From Cycas panzhihuaensis (Eukaryota; Plantae; Cycadophyta), in contig CM041465.1 of NCBI GenBank assembly GCA_023213395.1, positions 35,905,741-35,969,740 of the forward strand: DNA of 64,000 nt. Direction: 5' to 3'. A model generated the notes under the pieces. That model was not told where the DNA came from, searched no databases, and was given only the letters and a program-made list of their open reading frames with translations. The position numbers and the translations under genes were made by a program. Position 1 is the stretch's first letter. Every line of letters begins with the position of its first letter. Below are positions 40,400 through 52,344 of the stretch, piece after piece.

Positions 40400-43322
40400 A
40401 TCTTAATCCTAATTAATTTCTAAAGAAAAAGATTTTTTCCCTGCTAAGAGATTTGGTAAGAATGTCAGTTGTTTGTTCTCCTGAAGTACAATGCTAAAGC
40501 TTGATTTCTCTGTTCTGCACTTTTTCTCTGATGAAGTGATAGTGCACTTCTATGTGCTTTGTTCTTGCATGCATCATTGAGTTCTTTGTCATTTTGATTG
40601 TTCTTTGATTATCACAAAAATCTAAGTAGGCACCACTTGCTTTTGTCCTAGACAATTTAGGAGTTGTCTGATCCATACTCCTTCGTATGCTGTATTGACT
40701 ATTGCCTTGTATTCAACTTCTGTTGAAGATAATGCCACCATGTGTACTTTTTGCTACTCCAAGAGATCAATGATTCCCCTAGGAAGAAATAGTACCATGA
40801 TGTAGATTTCCTATTTATTTTGTCTCCAGCCCAATTCGAGTCATAAAACCCAATTAACTACATATTGTTCTCTCTTTTATATTCCAATCCAAGACTTGTT
40901 GTTCATTTCTTATATCATAGGATTCTCTTTGTAGCATTCTAATGAGGGACTTTGGGATTTTCCATAAACCTAGAGACTATATCAATTGCACATGAAATGT
41001 CAGGTCGTGTGGCTGTAAGATAAATTAAGCTTCTAATTAATTGTCTGTATATGGTTATATAAACAGGGTGTGCTCCTTATTCTATGCTTAGTATAATTCT
41101 AGTTTCCATTGGTGTGGCAACACTATTATAGCTATCTATTTTGAATTTACTTAGTAAAATTTTGACATATCTAGACAGTGAAAGAACAATGGAGTGATTG
41201 TTTTGTTCTATTTCTATATCGAGATAGTAATGCAACATTCCTAGATCTATCATTTCAAAAACATTCTCGAATTACTTTTTAGTAAATGTTATTGAATCCT
41301 TGTCATCTCCAGTAGTTAACATGTCATCTACATATACCACTATGATAGATGTTAAGCCCTGATTAGATTTCACATACAGACTATGATTTGATTCACATCG
41401 GTAGAAGCCATTTTGAGTGAGATATAAATCTAGCTTGGTGTACCAGGCTCTTGATGCTTGTTTGATATCATACAATACTTTTCTTAATTTGTAGACCATA
41501 TTTTCGCATCATGATTTTATGTATCCTTTAATCTGATATGTATACACTTCTTCTTGCAGATCACCATTCATGAATGCACTTTTAACATCCATTTGATAAA
41601 TCTTCCATCCTTTTTTACTTGTAATTACGATCACAGTTCTTACTGTATTTAGTTTTACTACTAGGGAGAATGTTTCTTCATAATCAGTTCCAGCTGTTTG
41701 TGTATCCTTTTGTGACTAGTCTCTCCTTATATTTCTCAACTTTCCCATTTGGCTTTTCTTTTGTTTTGTACACCCATTTATAATTTACAATAGGTTTATC
41801 TTTAGGAGCTGGTACTAAGTCCCATGTTTTATTTCTATGTATATCTTTAATCTCTGTGTCTATTGTCGCTTTTCAGTCTTGAGAGTTACTTGTTTCTCAT
41901 AAGAGCTTGGTTCGATGGAGTATACTAAGGGTTGTGGTTTTTGAGATCTGGTTCAATATTCAAATATTTCTCCTTTTGTTTCCTCAAGGGTCTTGAGATA
42001 CCATTTTGGTACTTGTTTTGAGGAATGTTCATGTGGTGACTTTGTTTCTTCATCTTTTTTATGAGTATCTGAACCACTGCCTTATTGCATATCAGACAGA
42101 TGAATACTAGAATCATATGCTTGTTAGTTATTTGACGTCATTTCCTCTGAAGTTCCATTTTCTGTTCCAAAACTCTTAGAGGTAATGTCCAATTTATCTT
42201 CTAACTGAATAGTTTGTGGGTTTTGATCATTAATATTTATTTCTTGATGCACTATTTTATCAAGTTCTTTTTCTCATCAAAGATTATATCCCTACTTACA
42301 TATAGTTTATCTATCTTTGGATCAAGACATCTGTTCACTTTTAAATGACTATTGTACCTAACCATTATGCATTTTATGCTTTTATTATCCAACTTAGTCC
42401 TTTTCTTATCAGGGATGTGAACATACACTTTGCAACCGAAAATCTTTAGATGACTTATATTGGGATTATGTCTCATTTATGCTTCTTCAAGTGTTACATT
42501 ATCCAGTGACTGAGTAGGACTTCTGTTGATTAAGTATACAACTATATGTATAGCTTCTGCCCATTATTTCTTAGCTATCTCACTATTGTCTATCATGCAT
42601 CGAGCCATTTCTATAAGAGTTTTGGTCATTCTTTATGCAACCCCATTTGATTGAGGTGTATAAGGAGTTGTAAACTGCCTACAAATTCCATGGGTTTTGC
42701 AAAAATGGAGGAATTCATTAGATGTAAATTCCCCCCCCCCTCTCCTATCTAAATGGATATGTTTAATTTTCTTACTACTTTCTAATTCAATTTCTACCTT
42801 GAATTCTTTGAAATAACTAAATGATTCTGATTTGTTAGAAAGAAAGTATACCTATGTTTACCCTCCTCAAAAGATTTAAGAAGTTTGTTAAGTACAAGAT
42901 GTATCAACTTGGTGTCAGTCAACTTGTCTTCAACATTGAGAAGACTGATTTTAATATTGGTTAGTCTTGTTATGAATTCTAACATGGTTTGACCTTCCCT
43001 CATTTTTAGTTTGTAAAGTTCTTCTCTTAGAGTCACAATTCTTACTTCATTTGTTGTATTGAATATGGAGGAAATTATTTTCCATATTTCACTGGCATGT
43101 TTTAAACCATCCACATATACCAATGAGTACAGAGATCGCTATATTGTTCCTTTCTTCCTAGTTTATTAAATCTACAATGTCAAATGGTTATTTTTCTTCC
43201 CGAGTAGTAATCTTCTAGGCATGTTTTACCCTTAAGAGACCTTCTATTTTTATCTTCTAAATATTGAAATTCATTTCAGTTAATTTATCATTTTCAGGCA
43301 GTGATCAAGTAGAGACAACCAT
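40400..43322 (-). pseudogene. pol: I gag-pol pseudogene: partial Gag, partial integrase, RT, RNase H
   Basis: LREELYKLKMREG (Gag); HLKIFGCKVYVHIPDKKRTKLD (INT); VVYVDDML (RT); HARTKHIEVHYHFIRE (RH). Confidence 0.92.
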
Positions 43323-43409
43323 AATTATTTGTAAATTGATTGCTAAGAAGGTCAGATTTAATGATAGGAGGCTGTAAGGACAGATGTATGCATGATTATA
43401 TGGAATTCC

Positions 43410-43690
43410 ATATAGAATCCAAAGTGTACAGACAAAAAAAAATAATGGTCCTAAACTGAAGTGCTTGCAAATGGTTATTCAAAAATATGTTTATTATCTT
43501 AAAAATTTCTTAACTCTAAGAGATACGACAGTAAGAAGATGAAAACCCACATAGAACCCAAAGTATACAGATAAGAAATGACAGTCCCATACTAAAATAC
43601 TCATAAATGGGTATCCAAAAATATGTTTATTATCTTAAAACTATCGCAGGTTTGAGAGATATGACTGTAAGAAGGTGAAAACTCATGCCC
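43410..43690. repeat. ~140-bp tandem duplication in the I leader
   Basis: TAGAA(T/C)CCAAAGT...CAAAAATATGTTTATTATCTTAAAA...GTAAGAAG.TGAAAAC occurs twice head to tail. Confidence 0.85.
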
Positions 43691-43880
43691 AAGGGTTTCA
43701 AAGAGAATAGAGAAAAATCTTAAAAAAATCAGATTGAATCTCTTGAAAGATGGATTGAACACTATCAATCACTGATACGAGGAGTTTTTGGCACCTTGAA
43801 TCAATAATTTTTGAGAGAATTTTAATGACTTTTTAAGAGGAGAAGCCTCAAACTTGCGTGCCCTTGTGACTGGTCAAAAC

Positions 43881-46800
43881 TTAAGAGAAAATATAACTGC
43901 AGAAGCAATGTGATAATAGAACTTTAAACCATGCAAAGAATAAATAGCATAAACAAACCAAGCACTCAATAAAGAATACTAAGAGATTTAAATCTAAGCA
44001 TAGACCTTTTATTAATCTAAGTAACAAATAAAAAATTATAGAGATGAATAAACCCTAACTCTTCACATCGACTCATCCACAACCTTCTATTACATGTGCC
44101 ATTACATAAGAATATATATAGACACAACATTACAAGATATTGCCTTGCAGTTTTATAATATAATGGGCATAAACCATGGGTCAACAAAGACCCCCATAAG
44201 ACACTCAAAAATTTTTCTCAGGGGCTTTCACCCTTAAACCCCTGCCTGGAGGGCTACTAGCCCCACAAACCCCTCAGTCAGGGACCCTATAATGAGCCCC
44301 CAAACCCTACAAAGAGGCTTGGGTGTAATGCCTATACCCATGTAACACTTGCAAAGTCTTCAACATATCTAACAATCTCCCATTTATTGAACACTTTACA
44401 AGAAAACCTACATACACAACTACTAAATGCCAAAATCATAAACACCTATTAGAATTCTACACCATCTAAATTTTTCTATGCTAATAATCTTGGTTAATGA
44501 GTCTACAGTATTCTCTTATGTAGCAATATTCTGCAAATCCACCTTGTGATCTTGAACTATTTCTCTTATAAAATGGAACTACATATTAATATGCTTCAAC
44601 CAAGCATGAAAAATAGGGTTCTTTCCTAGGTAGATTGCACTTTAACTATCACAGTCCATCCTCACAACATCCTACTTAAAGCCAATATATGTGCATAATC
44701 TCAGTAACGAAACTGCTTCCTTAAATATATGAGTAACTACCATATACTCTACTTCTGTGCTAGAAAGTACCACAAGTTACTATCTTTTACTCATCCAATT
44801 GACTGCATACCCACTTGTAGATCTTCTATTGTTAAGATCTCCAGCCCAATCAACATCAATAAAACCTCTTAAGTTCACTATTCTACTCTCTATGGGATCT
44901 CCTTGATAGTAAATTCTATAGTCTAATGTACCTTGTAGATACTTGAAAATCCTTTTCACAGCCACCCAATCCTCCCCTCCTAGGTTTGACATATACCTGC
45001 TAACTACTCCTACTGCATTGGTAATGTTTGGTCGAGTGCAAACCATCACACATCAAGCTACCAACAACACTAGTATTAGGGATAAATGCTATGTCTTCAA
45101 CTTCTTGGTGAGTCTTTAGGCATTGTTTAGCTAATAATTTAAAACCAACAACAAGAAGAATATTAACTGGTTTACTATCCTACAACTTGAATGGTTACAA
45201 TATTTTCTCAATGTATTATCTTTGGCTAAGCTAAATCTTCTTATTTCTTCTATCCCTTTTAATATTAATGCCCAAAATAAAATGTGCAGTACCAAGTTCC
45301 TTCATCTTAAAATGAGATGCTAGTTGGCATTTCACAAGTTGATTTATTTCTTTATTGTTACCAACTAAAAGGATGTCATCAACATATAAATCTAGAATAA
45401 CAAAATAACCACCAACCTGCTTATAATAAATATAATGATCTACTTTGCTATGCACAAAGCCATCCACCAACATATATAAATCAAACTTCTGATACCACAT
45501 CCTTGGTGATTGTTTCAAGCCGTATAATGACTTCTTCAACCTGCACACCATATTCTCCTTTTTTACAACTTCAAACCCTTTAGGCTAGAACATATAAATT
45601 TCTTTCTCGAGGTCACCGTGAAGAAATGTAGTCTTCACATATATTTGATCCACCTCAAGGTCATAGGCAGCTGTTACATCCAATAAAAATCTAATTAAAG
45701 CAACTTTTGCAACAGGAGAAAATACCTCACCAAAATCTATTCCCTTGACTTGGGAATAGCCCTTTGCTACCAAGTGAGCCTTGTACGTTTTCATAGTACC
45801 ATCTACCTAGAACTTCTTCTTAAAGATCCATTTTTTATCAATAGGTTTTCTACCATCAAGCAGATCTATCAAATCCCACATATTATTTTTGTCTAATGTC
45901 ATCATTACTTCTTGCATGGCCTTCATCTAGAGTTGGCTCTCTTTTGACTCAAGAGCCTCCCAAACAATACCTAGATCATCATCTGTAGTAGATAAAACAA
46001 AAGAGGAGTGATGAAAGTCTTCAAGAATATACCTGCCAGGATATCTTCTCTCACGAGTTGATCTCCTTAAGATATGGGGTTCTTGAGATTCATCTACCTC
46101 TACAACTAGTTCTTCCTCTTTAGTTGACTTATATTCTAATGTAGAATCTTTATCTCTTACTTTAAATTATACCTTTTTAGAGTGTTCGTCCTTTGATTCT
46201 TCATTCTACTTTAGAGACTTGAACTCCTCTCTAAAGACAACATCATAACTATATATAACATTTTATATTTCAAGGTTATATAGCTTATATCCTTTAACAC
46301 TATCACCATAGCCAATGAAAATAGTCTTTTGTGCTTTGAAATCAAGCTTAGTCCTTTGCTATTTAGGAACATACATAAAAGCTTCACAACTAAAAATTTT
46401 AAGATAACCAAGAGATGGTTTCTTACTAGACCACACTTCTTCAAGTGTTTTATATACTAAGGTAGTTGTGAGTGATCTATTTATTAGGTAGCTTGTAGTT
46501 ATTATAGCCTTAACTTAGAATTTCTTCTCTAATCTAGTAGCACTGAGCATACTCCTTGATCTCTCCAGCAAGGTCCTATTCATCCTTTCAGTAACTCCAT
46601 TTTGCTGTGGCGTATAGGGAATTGTCTTTTGCCTTGCTATACCATACTACTTATAGAACTGCTCAAACTCCTTTGAGCAAAACTCACCTCCATTATCAGT
46701 CCTTAGTACCTTGATCTACATGTCACTATAATTCTTAATCAAGGCCTTAAATTCTTTGAATTTACTGAAGACTTCAAATTTCTACTTGAGAAAGTACATC

Positions 46801-48833
46801 CATGTATTTTTTGAGAAATCATCTATGAATGAGACAAAGTATTTAGACCCACCTAATGAGGGTATATCAATAGGTCCAAAAACATCACTGTACACCAAGG
46901 ATACCCTTTGCTCTCTTCAAGCTTGAAGGAAAACTGACTTCATTCTGTTTGCCATACACACAATGCTCACAAAAATCAAAATCAAATGAGCCATTAATTC
47001 TAGAGATGTCTTCTACCATACCTTAGGAGAATAAGTCATAGAGGTATTTCTCTCTAATATGGCCTAATCTCTGATGTTATAATATAGTTTTACCAGCAAG
47101 TGATATTTGAGTCCCACCTTCATTATTGTTACTTTTTGTAATAATTAGATTACAACTTCCAGCACATAATGTACTTGCATAAAGCTTGTATAGTGTTCCA
47201 AATCAGACCCCTCTTACTAATACCAATGCTTTTTGAACCATTCTGTAACTGTCCTTATTGAAGATCACTTATATTCTTGCATCACCCAATTGACTAACAG
47301 ACAACAGACTCATAGCCAAACTAGGAATATGACTCATATTAGGGATAGTCTTAACCCTTCCATCCCCAAATCAAACCTTTACCCTTCCATGATCCACATT
47401 TTATATGGGTAATGATCCCTACGAAAAACTTCACCTCCATCAATCCTTGTGTATTCACAAAACTAGTTACTATAGGGAGTAACATGAAGCGAAGCACCAG
47501 AGTTAATTAACCAAGACTCAACATTTGACAACTTACCTGAGGTTGCCAAATAAACATCATCATCAGCTTCATCAGAGGCTTTTGTTACCATGGAAGAAGT
47601 AGCTTTAGGTGACTTTCCCTTATCAACCTTAACTCAACATTGGCTCTTCATATGGTTAGCCTTCCCACATCTCCAACATACCAAAGGGCCTCTTCCTAGA
47701 GATTTAGATTTTCCTCTAGATTTTGGCCATCTATTCCTAAGCCTTTATTGGTTACGATCGAATGTTTGAACTCTCACCACTAATGCTTCTCTTGAATAAT
47801 CCTTAGAAGATTTTTGCGTTGTCTCTTCTGATAGTAGAGCAACAACAACATCATCAAATTTTAGGGTGGCAACAATTATGCTGTTAATCGTCATCACAAG
47901 ATTATCTTAGGAATCAAGAAGCAAACATAATAGGGTAATACACTTGTCTTCTGTAGACATTGTTATCCCAACTGAAACAAGCTGGCTCACCATGGTGTTA
48001 AATGTAGTAAGATGATCTACAACTGCATCTCCATCACTCATCTTGAGTGAATACAACTTTTTCTAAAGAAATAACTTATTAATTAGGGACTTTGTCTGAT
48101 ACAAAGACTCTAACTTTCTCCATAAATCTTTGGCCATAAATTCTATGGTAACATTTAATAACACTATGTCTGAAAGGTATAACCTTATCGAACTGATTGC
48201 CTTTCGATTAGGCTTCTTCTAATCTTTATCACCTATAGTTGTAGGATTTGTTCCTACTACAACGATCCACTGATCCTTCTCGACGAAAATATCTTCTATC
48301 TTTAGCTTCCACAGCTCAAAGTTATGGCTATTAAACTTTTGAATCTCCATCTTTGTAGTGCTTACAATGATCTTCGTAGTCAAGTTCACTGCACAAGGCT
48401 CCCACTTACCAAATGGCTTCCCATAGAACTAAAATCCTTAGCTCTAATACCAAATGAAGAAAAAATATAACCATAGAAGCAATGCAATAACATAACTTTA
48501 AACCATGTAGAGAATAAATAATATAAACAAACCAAGCATTTAATAAAGAATGCCAGGAGATTCGGGGCTAAGCATAGGCCCTTTAATAATCTGAGCGATA
48601 ATTAAAGAATTATAGAGATGAATAAACCCCAACTCTTCACATCGATTCATCCACAAATTTCTATTACATGTACCATTACATAATAATATATATAGACACA
48701 ACATTATAAGATACTACCTTGCAATTTTATAATATAATGGGCATAAACCATCAGCCAATAAAGACCCCTAAAGGGGCTTGGGTGTAACACCTATACCCAT
48801 GTAACACTTGCAAAGTGTTCAATATATCTAATA
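43881..48833 (-). mobile_element. Element J: full-length decayed Ty1/Copia (Tnt1/Tork-like)
   Basis: 3' LTR 43881-44374; 5' LTR 48455-48833; perfect TSD AAAAC; PBS GCTCTAATACCA at 48441-48452. Confidence 0.93.
44420..48365 (-). pseudogene. pol: J gag-pol pseudogene: Gag, zinc knuckle, protease, integrase, RT, RNase H
   Basis: KFNSHNFELWKLKIED; CWRCGKANHMKSQC; WLINSGASLHVT; FCEHCVYGKQ; LKKSLYGLKQSPRMWY...LYVDDILL; DWAGDLNNRRSTSGY. Confidence 0.93.
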
Positions 48834-50152
48834 AAAACTGCACCAAAATAGATTCAAATGATGTCACTCCAGAAGAGAAATGTGTCGAGGAGGGCCCGAT
48901 TTATAATTTGGAGAAGTTTCTTCAAATTCTAAGGAATTTGAATATTGGTGTCCATACAAGGCCGTACACTTTTGTACGATCATACAATCTCCTTTGTAAC
49001 TGGCTTGACATTTGCTTTGAATGAATTTGACCTTCAAAAGAGAATGCTCTTTGACAATGACTTGATTCAATCTTTCTTCTTCAGAGAAACACAAGCTGAA
49101 CTCTCTCACAGACAGGAGGACCCAATGACCTGCTCTGATACCATGTCAAAGGTTCAATATGATAATTGATGAATGTTTTTTACTTTATTGATCAATCATT
49201 TGATTGTATATATACAATTATGGAGAAGGTACAAATGACAACTATTCAACATGATTGTGCCACTTGTCACTTTGAGAGAGGAGAGGAGAAGGGTTGAGGA
49301 CCCTCAATTAAATACTTTAGGAATACATCATAACCCTAGATAAAACATTAGCTTCTATAGATGCAGCAAAATTTCAATTCGTTAGTTATATTTCGAAGTT
49401 GGCTTATTAAGGATTCCATTGAGTAGTCATATGATATGGTTTCATGCACTAAGGAGAAAGCACCAGCCCGACGAATCTCAAGAAGGAGGTAGGAACCTTA
49501 AAAAAACTGATAAAAATGATTAAAAAATAATATAAAACTTAATGAAATGAAGGTATAAACACTTCAAACATGTGTTGGATTATGCATGATAGCAATGCCT
49601 ATAAAAAATTGGAGAAACTTTGAAAAATTAAAGCGTAAAAATGAAAATAATAAAAAAATTCAATAAACTACTATATAAACTATTGAAATAATGTTAAAAA
49701 TTGAATAAAATAGAATGTAAGACTTGTCGTGAACTCACTGTAATATCAAATGTCATATACAAAGATCTGATACCAAATTATGAATAATGGAGACAAAGCA
49801 GAGTAGGTTCAAACATAAATCAATCCATATTCAAATGCATTTTAATCCATATTGTAAAGGATAACATAATTTCCATAAGTTTGGTGGTGTTGATGAACAC
49901 CAGGTTTTTGAGACTCAAAATATTTATTCAAGAGGTGGGTGGGAGCCCTCCTCAACCTAGAATTCAAAATATAATAAAGAAATAAACAAGTTAATAAAAT
50001 AACAGTACCATTTTAAATGTCGGCTTGCATGGTTCCAAGACACCTTTGCACACATGTGATGTTAATGTAATGAATATTAGGCCTAACACATTAATATTAT
50101 AAACGTTTATTATATTTATAAGATGACTAATGTTGAATTAATAAAATCAACA

Positions 50153-52339
50153 TTAATTCTTCTATAATTATTAATGCATTTTTGGATCTTATATTCTTTA
50201 ATAAATTGATTCTTTAAGAAAAATATTCACTATTTTGTGTTTTTTTTTTACTTTTTATAAATCATATTTTTGGTAAGCCCAATAATGCAACTTTTTAAAT
50301 AAAATATGATGATTGTATTTTATTAAAGAAATCATATTTTTAATTGTCATGTTTATAGAATTTGACAAAAAATACCAATTTCCATAATGTTCTCAAACCT
50401 AACTACCCAGAATCAAAGTAATGTATCACCTTACCTACCCTGACCGCCTCCTTAACCTTCTAGATCCTATCTATGCAAAGATTTTTTGAATTGAAGTTAG
50501 TTAATCCATGGCCAAAAACCATATCATGATTTCTTATCTTTATGATTCTAAAGTCTAAATAAATCATGATAATCTAGCTAGGCTAGGGATAGAAGGAAAG
50601 TCTTTTGGAGAGTCTTGGAGAGAGTTCTTTTGTGATTTTTTCTGAACTGAAGTCTATTCCCTAAAGTTTACCAAACATTTTAAAGATCTTACTTGTGTTT
50701 TCTTGTGCTATTCTAGATTTAATTAGGGATCTGTCTCTATCAGAATATGTTGGTCTTACTTTGAGGAATAATGAACTATATTTACCTTATCTCTTACTCA
50801 ATTCTCAGGCCTAATCTCTCACTCATCTATTGAGATTAGTCTCTTATAGTTTTTACTAGTTTTTATTGTGTCTACTATCCTCTTTATCAACATCTTTATC
50901 ATCATTCTTATAATTCTTATGACTCCTTAGACTTGATGGTGGAATATTCAGTAGAAGCAAGCATTATTCTGAGGTATACATTACTAGTTTTCATCATTGT
51001 TGAGGGTATTTTATTTAGATTAGTTGATCTTTTTTTTTTTTAATGCATGGTTTATTTTCAAGTTTAATTAAGAAAGATATAAAAAATAATACTTTCTTTA
51101 ATTTTGGCTTTCATTACCTTTGAAATTGAGTGGTATTGTTGGTTTTCTTTTACTAGTAAGGCTTAGAGTTAATTCTGATTTGATTTTTGAGCTTATATCA
51201 CATTGATTGAGTTATTAAAAGGTTATTTTTAGGAATTGAATTGGTTTTAATTCCTAGTTATAATCCTTCTTTAAGCAATTATAACCATCTTATTTGCTCT
51301 TTCATGTGAATCTCAATAAGTTTAGCCTTACTAAGGGTTGGCATATTATATCCTGAACTTTTGGGAGGAATTAACATAGAAAATAAGAACAAGTCACCAA
51401 ATAAGATAGTATTTTTCTTTTGCATGCAAAGTTTATTTCCAGTTATATGATTTTGGCATTATCTTAATTTATCTATTGACTTTTATGTGAGAAATATTTC
51501 TTTTGAATCAATTATTGTAATATCTGTGTTATGTTCTCTTTACTAATGAGCATCTTTTGAACATAAAGAGAGATTCAAAGGAAGTGAAATAATTTGGTTC
51601 CAAACTTCATCATGAGATACACGACTCTTCTCTTAATTCTCATAGTTATCTCTTCTATTCTTAACTTCAAGATTTTATAAAAGGAGAAAATAAAGAAAAA
51701 TAAAGCAAAGTGAATATATCTTTTATCTATTAACTGCTTACTTTATTTATCTTTTCTTATCTTATTCACATACATAAGAAAAGAATAGATTTTAAAGGGT
51801 TTTATCTAAGGGGTCTTGGGTTTGGACTTGTGATTACATAATTACTTATTTCTTTACTTTTTTATCTTCTATTGAGTACATTAGAATGAGTAGAAAAGAA
51901 AATGAAAGAGTAGGTAATAGGATAAAGGTAAGTACAACTTAGGTACCTAGAACTCTCTTGTCTCATGTTTCTCTTAGTTTATCATAGGGCATTTAGTAAA
52001 AATAAAAAGTAAAAAAGAAATAAATTACATGTTTACATATCATATAGTTTATACTTTGCATGTGTGTTCAATGTTGTATTCATGCAAGCTAAGAGTGCAT
52101 GCTAGGTCCTACATGCAAGTTTGATTTGTTGATAATTTATTTCACTTGAGTAGACTTAGATCTATTTCTTTTATATACATACAAATAATTTAAAACCTTA
52201 TGTTAGCACAATTCCCTTAGTTTAGAGATCATCCATAAATAGACAAGGATACCTTCTCAGGAGTTGGTTGAAAAAGTTTGCTCCTTTAGGTTAGTCTCTT
52301 TAATGACCCTAAAGTAATTAGCCTAAAGACAATAATCTA
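50153..52339 (+). repeat. 3' LTR of B (first ~400 bp not found)
   Basis: For example TTTTTGGATCTTATATTCTTT at ~50180 matches TTTTTAGATCTTATATTCTTT at ~4341; homology continues to the LTR end. Confidence 0.85.
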
Positions 52340-52344
52340 GGAAG

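Larger units (their letters stand above)
40163..49359 (-). mobile_element. Element I: Ty1/Copia with an internal deletion; J is inserted in its 5' leader
   Basis: 216-bp LTRs at 40163-40378 and 49144-49359; PBS at 49132-49143; PPT at 40379-40389; TSD GAAGC/GATGC. Confidence 0.93.
37309..50088 (-). mobile_element. Element F: non-autonomous Copia-type element related to E; contains I and J
   Basis: LTRs 37309-37621 and 49778-50088; PBS GATCTGATACCA at 49764-49775; PPT at 37622-37631; TSD TATTA/CATTA; LTR and internal similarity to E. Confidence 0.9.
36887..50152 (-). mobile_element. Element H: putative PBS plus 5' LTR of a further LTR element, the LTR split by F; its internal region probably extends left toward ~35150
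   Basis: TCTTTGATACCA-AG-TG at 36887-36902; LTR-like sequence 36901-37308 resumes at 50094 and ends ...AATCAACA at 50152. No partner LTR was found. Confidence 0.5.
3904..52339 (+). mobile_element. Element B: decayed Tat/Ogre-like non-chromoviral Ty3/Gypsy with ~2.6-kb LTRs, carrying nested insertions
   Basis: 4320-6362 plus 10607-10782 align with 50170-52339; TSD GGAAT (3899-3903) / GGAAG (52340-52344); Gypsy domain order; additional RNase H. Confidence 0.8.
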
